The translations under genes and the position numbers were made by a program. The notes under the pieces are model-generated. The model was not told the DNA's origin. It searched no databases and was given only the letters and a program-made list of their open reading frames with translations. Positions 41,707-53,959 of a stretch of 64,000 bases of DNA are shown here, piece after piece. The stretch is from Phoronis australis (taxonomy: Eukaryota > Animalia > Phoronida), in the NCBI GenBank assembly GCA_002633005.1, contig NMRA01000377.1:54507-118506 (forward strand). The letters run 5' to 3'. The first letter of the stretch is position 1. Each line of letters begins with the position of its first letter.

Positions 41707-42400
41707 TTGTTATCAGCTCTAGAGATATTTTCATTCAATGAATTTCCCATTGAACACTCTGGCTTCAGATAACCAGCCGTTTCCTTTGTTCCATACTGGG
41801 AACAAAATCTTCAAGAATGCTCAAATGTTTATCTGTGGTCACATGACATCTTCAGTTTTCCCTTTTGTCGAGTTTTGATTACTTTCGTAGAACCAAGAAT
41901 AAAAATTGACATGTTATTTTCAAGGAAAAAATGAAATTTGCATAAATAAAAAATGATAATGTAGAAAACTGCAACAGGGTTTTTGAAATTTCATTTTGAA
42001 TATTTATGTCGTACTAAGTGTGGTCATGTTATTGATACCGTTATTTCGCTATCCATGATTCCTTTTCTTTAAACTTAATATCACTAAGTGACATAAATAA
42101 TGGCAGATTGGCAAAAAATCAAATTCTATAGGCTTTCTACATTCAGAAATTACATACTTTTACTGTGTCAAAATATTTAGTAGATATTTGGCTAAACAAA
42201 CATACATGCATAACCACGATATACGTACGGTCCTACTGAGTGTACATAACCTTACTGTTCTTTTTGATGAAAAGCACAATTAGACCCGGCTGTGATACAT
42301 TTATTTAACACACAGAAAAAGTCATGCTATGGAAATTTCATGTCAAATTTCTCAAAAACAATAAAGACTACATTTTTGGTGCATAGTTAGTTTGCTTTGT

Positions 42401-43213
42401 ACTATATACATGCGGATACCGTAAAACAACACTGTATACATGAAGATGTCGTAAAACAACACTGTATACATGTGGATTAAGTAAAACAACACTGTATATA
42501 TGTGGATGTAGTAAAACAACACTGTATACATGAAGATGTCATAAAACAACACTGTATACATGTAGATGTCGTAAAACAACACTGTATACATTTGGATGTA
42601 GTAAAACAACACGGTATACATGTGGATGTAGTAAAACAACACTGTATACATGTGGATGTTGTAAAACAACACTGTATATATGTTGGTGTTGTAAAACAAC
42701 ACTGTATACATGTGGATGTAGTAAAACAACACGGCATACATGTGGATGTCACAAAACAACACAGTATACATGTCGGTGTTGTAAAACAACACTGTATACA
42801 TGTGGATGTAGTAAAACAACACTGTATATATGTGGATGTAGTAAAACAACACGGTATACATGTTGATGTTGTAAAACAACACTGTATATATGTTGGTGTT
42901 GTAAAACAACACTGTATACATGTGGATGTAGTAAAACAACACGGCATACATGTGGATGTCACAAAACAACACTGCATACATGCTGATGTTGTAAAACAAC
43001 ACTGTATACATGTTGGTGTTGTAAAACAACACTGTATACATGTGTATGTAGTAAAACAACATGGTATACATGTGGATGTCACAAAACAACACTGTATACA
43101 TGTTGGTGTTGTAAAACAACACTGTATACATGTGGATGTAGTAAAACAACACTGTATATATGTGGATGTAGTAAAACAACACTGTATATATGTGAATGTC
43201 ACAGGACAACACT
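42401..43213. repeat. 30-bp minisatellite, 26 full units plus partial ends
   Basis: Unit GTAAAACAACACTGTATACATGTGGATGTA, head-to-tail with no spacers. Confidence 0.98.
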
Positions 43214-43796
43214 TGGCAAAGCATCCATTGTAATCACATTTGAAAAATTACAAATTATTGGTAAGTACTTCTGGGAAGTAAGTGAAGAACAACAGTAGGT
43301 GGCGTTGCTACTAAAAGCACCAACAACAGTATTACTCGAATCAAATCAAAGCAGGTCATGTCTTCAACTACCATACGAAGCAATAATCTCTTTAAAGCAA
43401 TAATTTCAAGGTAGACCAGTTCTCATCCATGTGAGAATTTTTTGTTCAATAAGACAACAATCTGTGTCAAAGGGCTTTTCACACAGTGTATTGGTACTGT
43501 TGCTCCTTAGTGTGCCTCCATGTGTGACCAACAAGATTCCACTAGTTATATACTTAAACGATTTTCCACGCTCGCATATTGCACTTTAATGTACAGTCTC
43601 TCACAAGAGTGCGCTCTAGTGTGACAGGGGTATAGCTTTGAGCGAGACATTCCACACAATGCATTCGCATGTTCTCTCACCAGTGTGTATTCTTGTCTGA
43701 TGAACGAGAGCACTGCTATCCTTGATTTCTGATGTATTATCCAAGAAAAAAGGAAAAAATTTAAACACGGAGAATGTGTCACACAGGAAAAATTGC

Positions 43797-43866
43797 GAGT
43801 TTCACAGACTCGAACTCACGACCTGGCTGACAAGACGCGCGTGCTTTGTCACTACACCATCACGAC
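43797..43866 (-). mobile_element. tRNA-derived SINE-like head
   Basis: The minus strand has A box TGGTGTAGTGA and B box GTTCGAGTC at tRNA-like spacing; no clean cloverleaf was seen. Confidence 0.55.
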
Positions 43867-44414
43867 TTCACTAGTAAACAGAAACTAAGAGACCTACTTG
43901 TTTATGGTCCACAGCGTTTGCGCGCGAAACCAACTTCTTTTTGTAATGCTTATTACACATTTTATATTTTGTGTAATCGGTTCTCAACAGATTTGTTGTA
44001 TTTAAAATAGTGTTCAAATGCCCAAAAGACCAAATCCGTTTTTCATGTTGGCAATAATGACGGGATTGCTTTGGAAATCGTCTTTTAAGTTAAGGTTTGA
44101 CAAAGAGAGAATTAATGAGTTTCTGAGTGATTCACATAGGCTTCGATTAAAATTCACATCTTACCAGCAGCTTCTGTTTTTTCATCGTCACTCAGGTTCC
44201 ATTTTCTCTAAAAAATGAAGTAAATTTTATCCATTGCACAGTGGAGCAGACGACGGAAACGGAGTCGTAGTGCGCAACGCCACTGCCGGTCGCCTGGGAT
44301 ATCGCGGGAGAGCCTACACTTAGCCATAGTTCCGTTACGAATGCGCCGTGTTCCGAATTTGATACTTGAAATTGGATCTGAGCNCCCCCTTGTGATATCC
44401 TAGATCCGCCACTG

Positions 44415-44738
44415 ATGTGGATGTAGTAAAACAACACGGTATACATGTGGATGTCACAAAACAACACTGTATACATGTGGATGTAGTAAAACAACACTGT
44501 ATATATGTGGATGTAGTAAAACAACACTGTATACATGTGGATGTAGTAAAACAACACGGTATACATGTTGATGTTGTAAAACAACACTGCATACATGTTG
44601 ATGTTGTAAAACAACACTGTATACATGTTGGTGTTGTAAAACAACACTGTATACATGTGTATGTAGTAAAACAACACTGTATATATGTGGATGTAGTAAA
44701 ACAACACTGTATATATGTGGATGTCACAGGACAACACT
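44415..44738. repeat. Second copy of the 30-bp minisatellite (10 full units), probably the alternate haplotype
   Basis: Same unit, and the flank 44726-45251 duplicates 43201-43721. It starts 30 nt after N44384. Confidence 0.9.
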
Positions 44739-44949
44739 TGGCAAAGAATCCATTGTAATCACATTTGAAAAATTACAAATTATTGGTAAGTACTTCTGGG
44801 AAGTAAGTGAAGAACAACAGTAGGTGGCATTGCTACTAAAAGCACCAACAACAGTATTACTCGAATCAAATCAAAGCAGGTCATCTACATTGTCTTCAAC
44901 TACCATACGAAGCAATAATCTCTTTAAAGCAATAATTTCAAGGTAGACC

Positions 44950-45320
44950 AGTTCTCATCCATGTGAGTATTTTTTTGTTCAATAAGACAACAATCTGTGT
45001 CACAGGGCTTTTCATACAGTGTATTGGTACTGTTGCTCCTTAGTGTGCCTCCATGCGTGACCAACAAGATTCCACTAGTATACTTAAACGATTTTCCACG
45101 ATCACACATTGCACTTTAATGTACAGTCTCTCACAAGAGTGCGTTCTAGTGTGACAGGGGTATAGCTTTGAGCGAGACATTCCACACAATGCATTCGCAT
45201 GTTCTCTCACCGGTGTGTATTCTTGTGTGATGAACGAGAGCACTGCTATCCATAGAACTTTCCTTACGCAGTACATTTGTATGGCCTCTCACCTCTGTGT
45301 ATTCGGGTGTGATGAAGATA
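44950..45320 (-). pseudogene. Decayed C2H2 zinc-finger repeats (duplicate at ~43430-43721)
   Basis: The minus strand gives LHHTRIHRGERPYKCTA*GKF, then after a frameshift SSALVHHTRIHTGERTCECIV, with further stops and frameshifts. Confidence 0.8.
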
Positions 45321-45332
45321 GTTTGAGGGACC

Positions 45333-45737
45333 AGTGCCTGGTTGCATGAAACAGTCCCAAATAGGGACTCAAATAACTTCCCAAAATCTTTTGCATATTT
45401 GTTTTATACTTCACTCAGATGTTATATCTTTATTGTGAGCTCCTCTTTGACAACTGACATTTTCTAAAACTGAGCTCTTCATTAAGTCATAATAATTAGG
45501 GACTTAGTCCTTAAATTAGGTGCGTTGTATGAAAAGATCCCTACTTATTTTCGATAATATTGAGAGTTCAGCTAATGGTTGAGTCTCGATTTGAATCAAA
45601 GCAAAAATTGACTAGGAAATGTGACTCAAACTGAATAGGGAAAGGCAATCAGTGTCTTCACAAGCGCACAAATACGCAGTAGATTTAGTGAACTTAGTTA
45701 AGTCTCTAAGTGGGACTGCTTTATGCAATCGGGCACT
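45333..45737. mobile_element. MITE with ~27-bp TIRs
   Basis: AGTGCCTGGTTGCATGAAACAGTCCCA ... TGGGACTGCTTTATGCAATCGGGCACT. No TSD is evident. Confidence 0.75.
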
Positions 45738-46044
45738 ACATCAACTACATCATTTCGTGAGTACTTTCACATTGCAATTTCACCTTTTTCTTGTGCCGCT
45801 AGAAAAAGAATTTGTGATGCATTACCCAAAAAGCTCACACGTTCAAGTTACATGTTTTCAGTAAACATAAAATTGTGACCTTTTTTACCATTGAAAACAA
45901 ACCTGTAGTACGTTAGTGTGATGACGGGAACTATAATGCCTTGATGCAAGCTTGTATCAACTTGGACTATATTTTATCGCTTTTCAGAACAACTGTGACA
46001 TCAGAATCCAGATAAGGCAAAAAGATTTTTGAAGTTTGAAGACT

Positions 46045-46137
46045 AGCTGGTGGACCAATGGTAAAGCAGTGACTTGCAGACAAGAAGTTACCGGGATCGA
46101 ATCATGACGAGATCTGCATTTGTTCACAAAAAAAAAA
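46045..46137 (+). mobile_element. tRNA-derived SINE-like fragment
   Basis: A box TGGACCAATGG, B-box-like GGATCGAATC, followed by an A10 tract. Confidence 0.45.
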
Positions 46138-47021
46138 CGAAAAATAATTCAGATCGCATTACCATAGCAGTGGTGAATATGGAGAATTATTGACTAAAAA
46201 ACTAGTTGAGCTAACACTACTCAGCTTTAAAATTTGAAACAGTTACAGTAAATAACTTTGTTATCAATATTTCAGAAAAGGGAAACCATCCGTGGAGGCC
46301 CAAGGCACATTGTTACACGTCCCACAGTTGGACATCATTTGGAATAGCTTCCACTGTCTGAAACCTAAGACCATAGATTAAATCAGTATTCAGGTTCATC
46401 CAAAGGCTCAACATATCTTTGAATCAATGTGGAGAAGAGCCATGTTGGAAATGCGGTGACGAATGGAAGCTGGTGCTGAACCAGGTGGCCAGAATTTGGT
46501 GAGGTTTAATTTGTGTGAGACTATAGCAATTATATTGAGGCATGTACTGATCGAGATGTATGGTGAATGCTTCTAGTTGGTGTCAATCCAAACAACTCCA
46601 GAACTGAGGTCTGCTTTTGTTTATTATTTCTGACCATTTGCCTCACAAATCATATTTTTGTTATAAGACATACCCACATTTTCAGTTGAAATGGTTGGAA
46701 AGCCAGTAAATTATCAGTTGTTTAGTGTAAACATAAAAGCATTCAAAGTATGTTTAACTGAATTAACTTTATATTCTGTTAACAGGTGGCAGTGTAATAA
46801 CAAAATTACCATGATTGTTTTTTACCTTTTTGCTTGTTGTCAGTTAAGTGAAAACAAATTTTGGTCTGAGACAATATTGATACAATTTACACGAACTACG
46901 AATTGGAAAGTTTTGTTAATTTCATGGAAATCAACCCCAAACGTCAAAATGTACTTACTTAAAACATGAAAGCCTTTTACATTAATTTTGAAAGATACAT
47001 ATACGGATAAGCTGGAAAACG

Positions 47022-48002
47022 TTAAAATAAAATTGCCAGGTCAAAGTACTCACGGCACCTATTTTTAAAACTCTTACAATTCAGGGCCCACTGACTAACA
47101 AGAGAACTGCTTTCAATGAAAGACTTTCCGCACACAGTACACTCATACGATCTCTCGTCCGTGTGCGTTCTTGCGTGACCAACTAATGTAGCTCTTTGCC
47201 TAAAAGACTTTCCACACACACTGCATTGGTATGGCTTCTCACCAGTGTGTATGCGGATGTGACGATGAAGACAACTGCTTTCTACGAAAGACTTTCCACA
47301 AAAAGTACATTTGTGTGGTTTCTCACCAGAGTGTCTTCTCGAGTGACAAAGAAGGGCACTCTTTTGTTTAAAACACTTTCCACAATCAGTACACTTGTAT
47401 GGTCTCTCACCGGTGTGCACTCTATTGTGGATAACGAGAAAACTGCGTGCTGTGAACGACCTTCCGCACACAGTACACTTGTATGGCCGCTCGGTTGAGT
47501 GGATTCTAGCATGACGAACAAGAGACCTCTTTTGTGTAAAAGTCTTCTCACACACAGTGCATTTAAATTGTCTCTCAACATGCAACGCCTTGTGACTAAT
47601 GGTAGTACTGCACTCCTTGGAAGATTGGTCACTCACAATGTTGAGTGGCTTCTTTCCAACAGTAACTGATTCGTTCATTGCACTCGCTACAGCGCTATGA
47701 GCACTGCAATCATCACACTCTAGTTTAAACTCAGTCGGTGTAAACAAATTGTTACCCACAGGACACCCTTCTTCGTCATAGTCAGTCTGGTCTTCATTCA
47801 ACTCTTGCTTGATAGAACTAACTTCACCACTCCACCCACTTGAACTGCCAATAACATTACCCCTGTCACATTCTAAACCAAAATCCACATTTAAGATCTC
47901 TGCATGATGCTCCTGACAGTCAGTTGCAGTCAAATCTCTGTCTTTCTGGTCAGTGGCACATTCTTGTTTGATTGTTGGCCCATCACAGGTTTCCCCGTCC
48001 AT
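47022..48002 (-). CDS. C2H2 zinc-finger protein A, 326 aa, 5 intact fingers plus a truncated sixth
   Basis: Acceptor CATTTAG|48010 and ATG at 48002. There are CxxC...HxxxH repeats with TGE(K/R)P linkers and an acidic N-terminus with two IKQE motifs. Confidence 0.88.
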   Translation of the reverse strand: MDGETCDGPTIKQECATDQKDRDLTATDCQEHHAEILNVDFGLECDRGNVIGSSSGWSGEVSSIKQELNEDQTDYDEEGCPVGNNLFTPTEFKLECDDCSAHSAVASAMNESVTVGKKPLNIVSDQSSKECSTTISHKALHVERQFKCTVCEKTFTQKRSLVRHARIHSTERPYKCTVCGRSFTARSFLVIHNRVHTGERPYKCTDCGKCFKQKSALLCHSRRHSGEKPHKCTFCGKSFVESSCLHRHIRIHTGEKPYQCSVCGKSFRQRATLVGHARTHTDERSYECTVCGKSFIESSSLVSQWALNCKSFKNRCREYFDLAILF

Positions 48003-48353
48003 GACTATACCTAAATGGAGAAATGACAACAAACCACCTTTTAAACAATGTTCTCCTTGGATTTGAACGCCACTAAGTCTTAAGGTTTTGTAGTCACTTT
48101 ATGCAGTCTTGAGGCCTACTTCAAATTGAAATCGAAAGACAATTATTTTTAGGAAGTCGTTTTTCTTTTGAGATCTAAGATCAAACAAATTTTGAGAAAA
48201 CCTCACAAGGGATTCCAAAGAAATTACTGCACATACTTTACACCCAAAAATTCCAAAACAGACCATTCCCCAAAGCTTAGCAATTAAAATCAGCTAACAC
48301 AATCCATGCCGTCAAATTTGTGTCCTTCTTTAATGTGTAGAAAAAGGGATAAT

Positions 48354-49779
48354 TACCATATTCACCCTAATAAGCGCCCAGGGAGTTTAGAAAAAAATCG
48401 TTTCAGGAAGGGGGCACTTATTATAGCCCAAAGTTGTTGAAACCCAGTATCCGAAATGGGTGAAATCCATAAGCTACAATTCATCAAATTTACGCTACCA
48501 AACTTTGTTGTTAAATTATGAACATTTTTCTGAAAATTAAAAAGTGAAAATTCACCGATTGATGCGTCGCTGCCTCGCGCTAGGTCAACTTGAATTTTTG
48601 AGTAAAGATAATTGTGAAACAAATTACCTGAAGTCCTCCTTAAGTTTTCAAAATAGCGTCCCTAACATTTTTAAGTTCCTGTGGATTTGGGATTAACTGC
48701 ATATTATTAAGTCCAAATCTGTGCTAGATTGTACCCTGCAACACGAGAAAAATCTCTGGACGAACACACGTTGTTGTCACATGATGTTTGTTTTAAAGTT
48801 CATTTGCGTGTGTAAGTGAGCGAGCGTGTGTGTGTAGAGTTCATTGGCGAGAGTAAACGCGATGTAACAATCTAGGTGTGCATTGTAACTAAAGAAAATA
48901 ACACAAGCAGTAAAACAGAACGTGTTTTATTTAACACTTGTTGATCTCATCTGCTAACAACATTCGAGAATTGTCTCGGTAAGGCCAATATTGAGTCGCC
49001 GGGTAACTGAATGCGTGTCAGTCTAACGGTTACTTTTTGAGAGATTCGGGGGGTGTAAGGGTGCGGAAGTGTTAACTATCAGTTGGTCATTTTGACTTTA
49101 AAAAAACCAATTATGATTTATTTAATCCTCCTTTAAGTAATGCAAATGTTTTTTACAGTATTAGATTTTTTTGGAAAGAAGTGTCAGTATTTATTTCTTG
49201 CCGATGCTATGCTACCCGTTTCATGAAAGTTCCCGAAGACTAATCTTCGATGACAGCTACTTGTATGTAGCGCGTGCTTCCTGGCCAAGGCTTTTAACAG
49301 AAGTCAAGTTATTTCTAGTCTTCGATTCGCAATTTTCACGTATACAAAGAAATTTGGATTTGTCTTCTTGAGGGAGAAGATCTGCACCGGAAAGATGCAA
49401 AACAATCCTGTTGACAAGTACGCTGTTTCCGTTCTTAAAGACCAGACCATAATGTGACACGTCTGGCCCTCCCAAGATCAGCAAAACATTTGCGTTCGTT
49501 TTTAAAGCAGGGCGAAAGTTTGAAGTGCATAGTCACGGCCAAATACCGATATTGCGACGAGGCTCGTGGTCCACAAATTCCGCGCACAATGAATTTTTCA
49601 GGACTGTCGGATCTTATTAATAAATTGAAGACATTACTGTAGAATTATAGAACTGTAGGTAAGGCATTTTTTGCATGTACACTGCATTCATGGATTGGGC
49701 GCTTATTTTAGCAAAGTCTAAAAACGCGTGGGGAGGGGAGCTCATAGGAGCATGGGCACTCATTAGGGCGAATACGGTA
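48354..49779. mobile_element. ~1.4-kb non-autonomous Tc1/mariner-pogo-type element
   Basis: TA|CCATATTCACCCTAATAAGCGCCCA ... TGGGCACTCATTAGGGCGAATACGG|TA gives imperfect TIRs with a TA TSD. No transposase ORF was recognised. Confidence 0.75.
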
Positions 49780-50620
49780 AGACAGATGCGAATTACTTTG
49801 AATCCATAAACTCCTCAGTCCCAAAATCAGCTCACTAATGACACAATCAGTTAAAAAAGAATAAAATCAATAATCATGTCTTCCCATTATACTGCATCAC
49901 ACCAGGGTCCTCAATCATCCTCGGGGAAAAGTGCCAGAGGGTGATTTTTTGGGGTGAGGGGAAAATTTTACCTCCTGATCACCACCGGCAATAGTACCCA
50001 CCACCCTGCTGCAAATCCTCACAGCCTCTGCCTCAAGTAGCCAAAACTAACTCTGCGCTTTTCAAATTGTCACCTGTGTAACTTACAAGTGATTTAAACC
50101 TTGAGCCTGAGGGGAATTTCGAGTGGTTTTTCAATACTTTTCAGAAGGCAATTTTTAACACTGAGTATGGCAGGTGGTATGACATCATACATAGATAGTC
50201 ATAGTCTCTCCTGCTGGTTACCTAGGAGGCTAAGTCTGGCCTTACTCCCTGGCTTCGCCAAGTTTCGCTGTAGGCTTTGATAGTTTATGTAGCAAATGCG
50301 CAAAGGCAATAACTGCAGGATTTAAAATGTGTTCCCGGATAATGGTAGACAATATTAAAAATGGCAGGCACCATAATTATAGTTGTCTACAATCTATGCA
50401 GGCTCTGAAAAGGCTTTAAGTTAGTGCAAAGTAGCTAATCAGCTAACTGTATGAAGACTCTCGGCAAAATACAGATAGGTACCACTTAGGCAATGACCAT
50501 CGTCTCCGTATAGCGTGTTGAGCTCCGTTAGACCTAGCCAGCCAGCTAGCTGTATGAAGACTGTCATCAAACAGCTAGGTCCCACTTATAGCCTTGGTAC
50601 AAAGCTGTATATAAATATAC

Positions 50621-52073
50621 AGCTTTGCACCGATGTGGGTAAAAAAGTGGTAAGATAAAATCTGACACAAAATTAGTGTCATTAAAAACTACAGTCTTCT
50701 TTGAGTAAACAAAATTATTTAACACGAGTTGTGGATAAAATGGCGTTCTACCATTATTCTGTTGCTAAAGTTGTGGAGCGATCTTTAGCGAAGGCTTTCG
50801 GCGCCATGAAATATTGCGTCACCTATTGGCCAGTTTCTTTTTTCGCCGATTCTTCAATCAACTGCTGTCGGTTCTTTCACGAGCTTGCGTACACGTCACA
50901 ACAAATTATTGGAACTGGTTTCACTTCATTATAATTTTTTAGAATTCCGATACCTAAAAACCGAATTTCAGAACAAATTTTGCTTCTCCGAAGTTGTCGC
51001 GAAAATTTAGAAAATGGCGCGAGCGCGTGACACGATCGTATTGTTTTCGAAACGACGACATACTTTTCATTGTTAGAAAAGGCGGAGAACTACGCAAGAA
51101 AATGACGTTTATTGCATTGTTTTTCACTTAACGGCTGTAACGGGCAAGGTGAGTAACGGTTGATTCCCAGATTTTGCATTCCGAAGACCCCCTCCAGTCT
51201 TTAGCTTTACATTTGCAGTTGATATAAATTTCACGGCGCGGTGACGAGCAGAACTACCCTGGCTGTGTGCAATTTCGGGGTCTACGGAAGAAATACACGC
51301 AGTGGGACCTAGCTCAGTGTATTTTGACGATAGTCGATCTTCATACAGCTAGCTGGCTGGCTAGGTCCCACTGTGTGTATTTCTTCCGTAGACCCCGAAA
51401 TTGCACACAGCCTGGGTAGTTCTGCGTCACCGCGCTGTGAAACTTGTATCAACATGTAAAGCTACTAAGAAAAACCGGACGGTGTGCATGCAGTGCCGGG
51501 GAGTCGGCAACCGACACTTACCTTTCCCGTTACAGTCGTTTAAGTGAAAAACAATGCAATAAACGTCATTTTCTTGTGTAACTCTCCGCCTTTTCTAACA
51601 ATGAAAAGTATTTCGTCGTTTTGAAAACAGTACGCTCGTGTCACGCGCACGCGCCAATTCCTAAATTTTTGCGACATCTCTCGGGTGATTGATGATATAG
51701 CTTGGCAGCAGCAAAATTTCCTCTGAAATTCGATTTTTCGGTATCAAAATTCTAAAAACTTATAATGAAGTGAAACCAGTTCTGATAATTTCATGGTTGT
51801 GACGTGTACGCAAGCTCGTGAAAGAACAACAGTTGATTGAAGAATCGGCGAAAAAAGAAACTGGCCAATAGGTGACGCAATATTTCACGGCGCCGAAATC
51901 TGTCGCTACGAAAGATCGCTCCACAACTTTAGCAGCAGAATAACGGTAGAACGCCATTTTTGCCAACACCGTTAAATAATTTAGTTTACTCAATGGAGAC
52001 TGTAGTTTTTAATGACACCAATTTTGTGTCAGATTTTATCTTGCCACTTTTTTACCCACATCGATGCAAAGCT
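50621..52073. repeat. 1.45-kb imperfect palindrome (arms 50621-51313 and 51360-52073, 46-nt loop)
   Basis: The arms are reverse complements along their length; the mirrored ORFs 50701+ and 51993- confirm this. Further partial copies lie at ~52075-52405. Confidence 0.92.
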
Positions 52074-53959
52074 ACGTTAGACCCCGACACTTCACACAGC
52101 CCGGGTACGATTCTGCCCGTCACCTCGCCGTAAAATTATGTAACATACGTGGATCTAACGACCGGAAAAATCTGGGAGTCAAACTCGAAGAACTTCAGAG
52201 AAGAACAGTTGATTGAAGAGTCGAAACTGGCCAAGACGCCGAGAAGAATAACGGTCGGGTAGAACGCCAATTTTTCCAACACAGGTAAATAACTTCTTTC
52301 ACCCATGAGAATTGGACAATGTAATTTTTAATGACACTATCATATGTTGTGTCAGATTTTATTTTGCTATTTTTACCCACATCGGTGCACATGCAAAGCT
52401 GTACATTTAGTAGGCCTATAGCGTACACGAAGGCTATGAGGTACAAAGCTGTACTGAATTCCTCCGAGCACTTTCTTTAATTTTTCTACCAGCTGTTTTT
52501 TTATTAGTTATACATAGGCCTAGTTTTGAGTGACCTGGGCTGGCTCGGGTGGACCTTGGAATATTTTTATCACTGTAGGACATGCAGTCAGCGCTGAACT
52601 GGACTCAGTTCAGTGCCGATCAATCGAGAATACAGAGACGTCTTTGCTTGATAAGTGACGCAGCTCGACAAAAAGTCAATCTAAACTGACTCCAACGAGC
52701 CCCTGATGGTTTCTATGACATGGATAAGGTTCTTTTAGGAACCACAATCAATAAAATAAAATAAAACTGATAAAAGTGTCACAACAGGGCGGTTACAACC
52801 ATAACATTCAATGATATTGTCGTGATGACTGGACCCGTCCGCATTTGGCAGCCGTCATCCATGGTTTAAACTGCTGTTGTAGAGGGAGAGTGGATGGGCG
52901 CACCACAGGCCTGGGGAGGGCCGGGGCTCGTATTTTTGAGAAGTGTACCTTTAACTAAAATTCACGGAGCCGTTCAGAGTTAGTAATTATGCATTTCTCG
53001 AATTTTGATAGTTGCTGCCTTAGTGGACATTTTGCATCGTTTTCTACTTTCTTCGCAGTTTTTATTTCTCTGAGGCGGACCTTTTTTGTCCGAGTCCGCC
53101 ACTTTGCCAAGTAGGAAGGGCTCCGCGTTCGAGCCCCCCCCCCAGGATGCGCGCATGATTTCTGGAGTATTAATATGAGCTTTATTTTGATGTTGATGTT
53201 TTACGAGCGTTCAACTTATTTAGGGATGCGAGTTCGGCAAAGTCGAAAATCAAAATTCAGATGTTTCATGACTTAACATTTTTCACCAATAAATGTTTTC
53301 ACATTTTATTTTTATGGATGGATAGTTCGCCAACACTTTGTTCGTTTTTAAAAACGATAAATGCTTCACAAAATTCAATTTGTGACTAAAACTAAACGCC
53401 ACGTGGTTTTATGAGGAAATTTTCTTTAAAAAACACTTCACTATCAGGACACTTGAGAACAGAAGTTTGTAACTCAAAATAAACGCCAAGGGTGGTTTAT
53501 TTGGCATAATTTTCCGAATACTAACGCCTATGGGTATTTCATCGGCGAGATTATCTACAGAAAATCCCGATATTAGTGGTGGACCAAAGCTGTGAAAATT
53601 CCATAAGTATTTATTGTTACTGAAATATTCTCACAAATTCATTTTTGTCGATTAATAAAATGCTGATGTAATCACGAGTTGACTCGTACGGTATTGAATT
53701 TGAACAAACATTAATTTACTTATAGTATAAAAATTAGCTGATGCGACTGTAAACGCGGAAAATCAGCTGAACTGAAGATGTTTCTGACACTAATAACTAA
53801 TAACATGAAAGAATTCTAGTAAATGCTTTTAAATAGCATGGCAAAGAACAATATACGCGTTTTTATTTTCACAAGTCTTACAAAAACTTTAAAACACGGT
53901 TCCACTGTTTACTTAACCAGATTGTCAAACCCGGCACGACCGTTACACCTTTCGTGCCA

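Noticed and set aside
40852-41741. Repeated 63-66 aa ORFs
   Set aside because: They are duplicated only because of the N41118 overlap and show no coding signature.
42401-43213. 30-bp repeats as a CRISPR array
   Set aside because: Units are contiguous with no unique spacers, there are no cas genes, and the context is eukaryotic.
43797-46137. Two A/B-box segments as tRNA genes
   Set aside because: I could not fold convincing acceptor or anticodon stems, so they are treated as SINE-like. tRNAscan-SE would be decisive.
49171-49642. Transposase remnant inside the 48354-49779 element
   Set aside because: The short ORFs show no DDE/DDD or HTH motif that I can recognise.
50701-51993. Paired ORFs MSKQNYLT.../MSKLNYLT... 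as small paralogous proteins
   Set aside because: They are TTG-start by-products of the palindrome arms, with compensating indels and no recognisable family.
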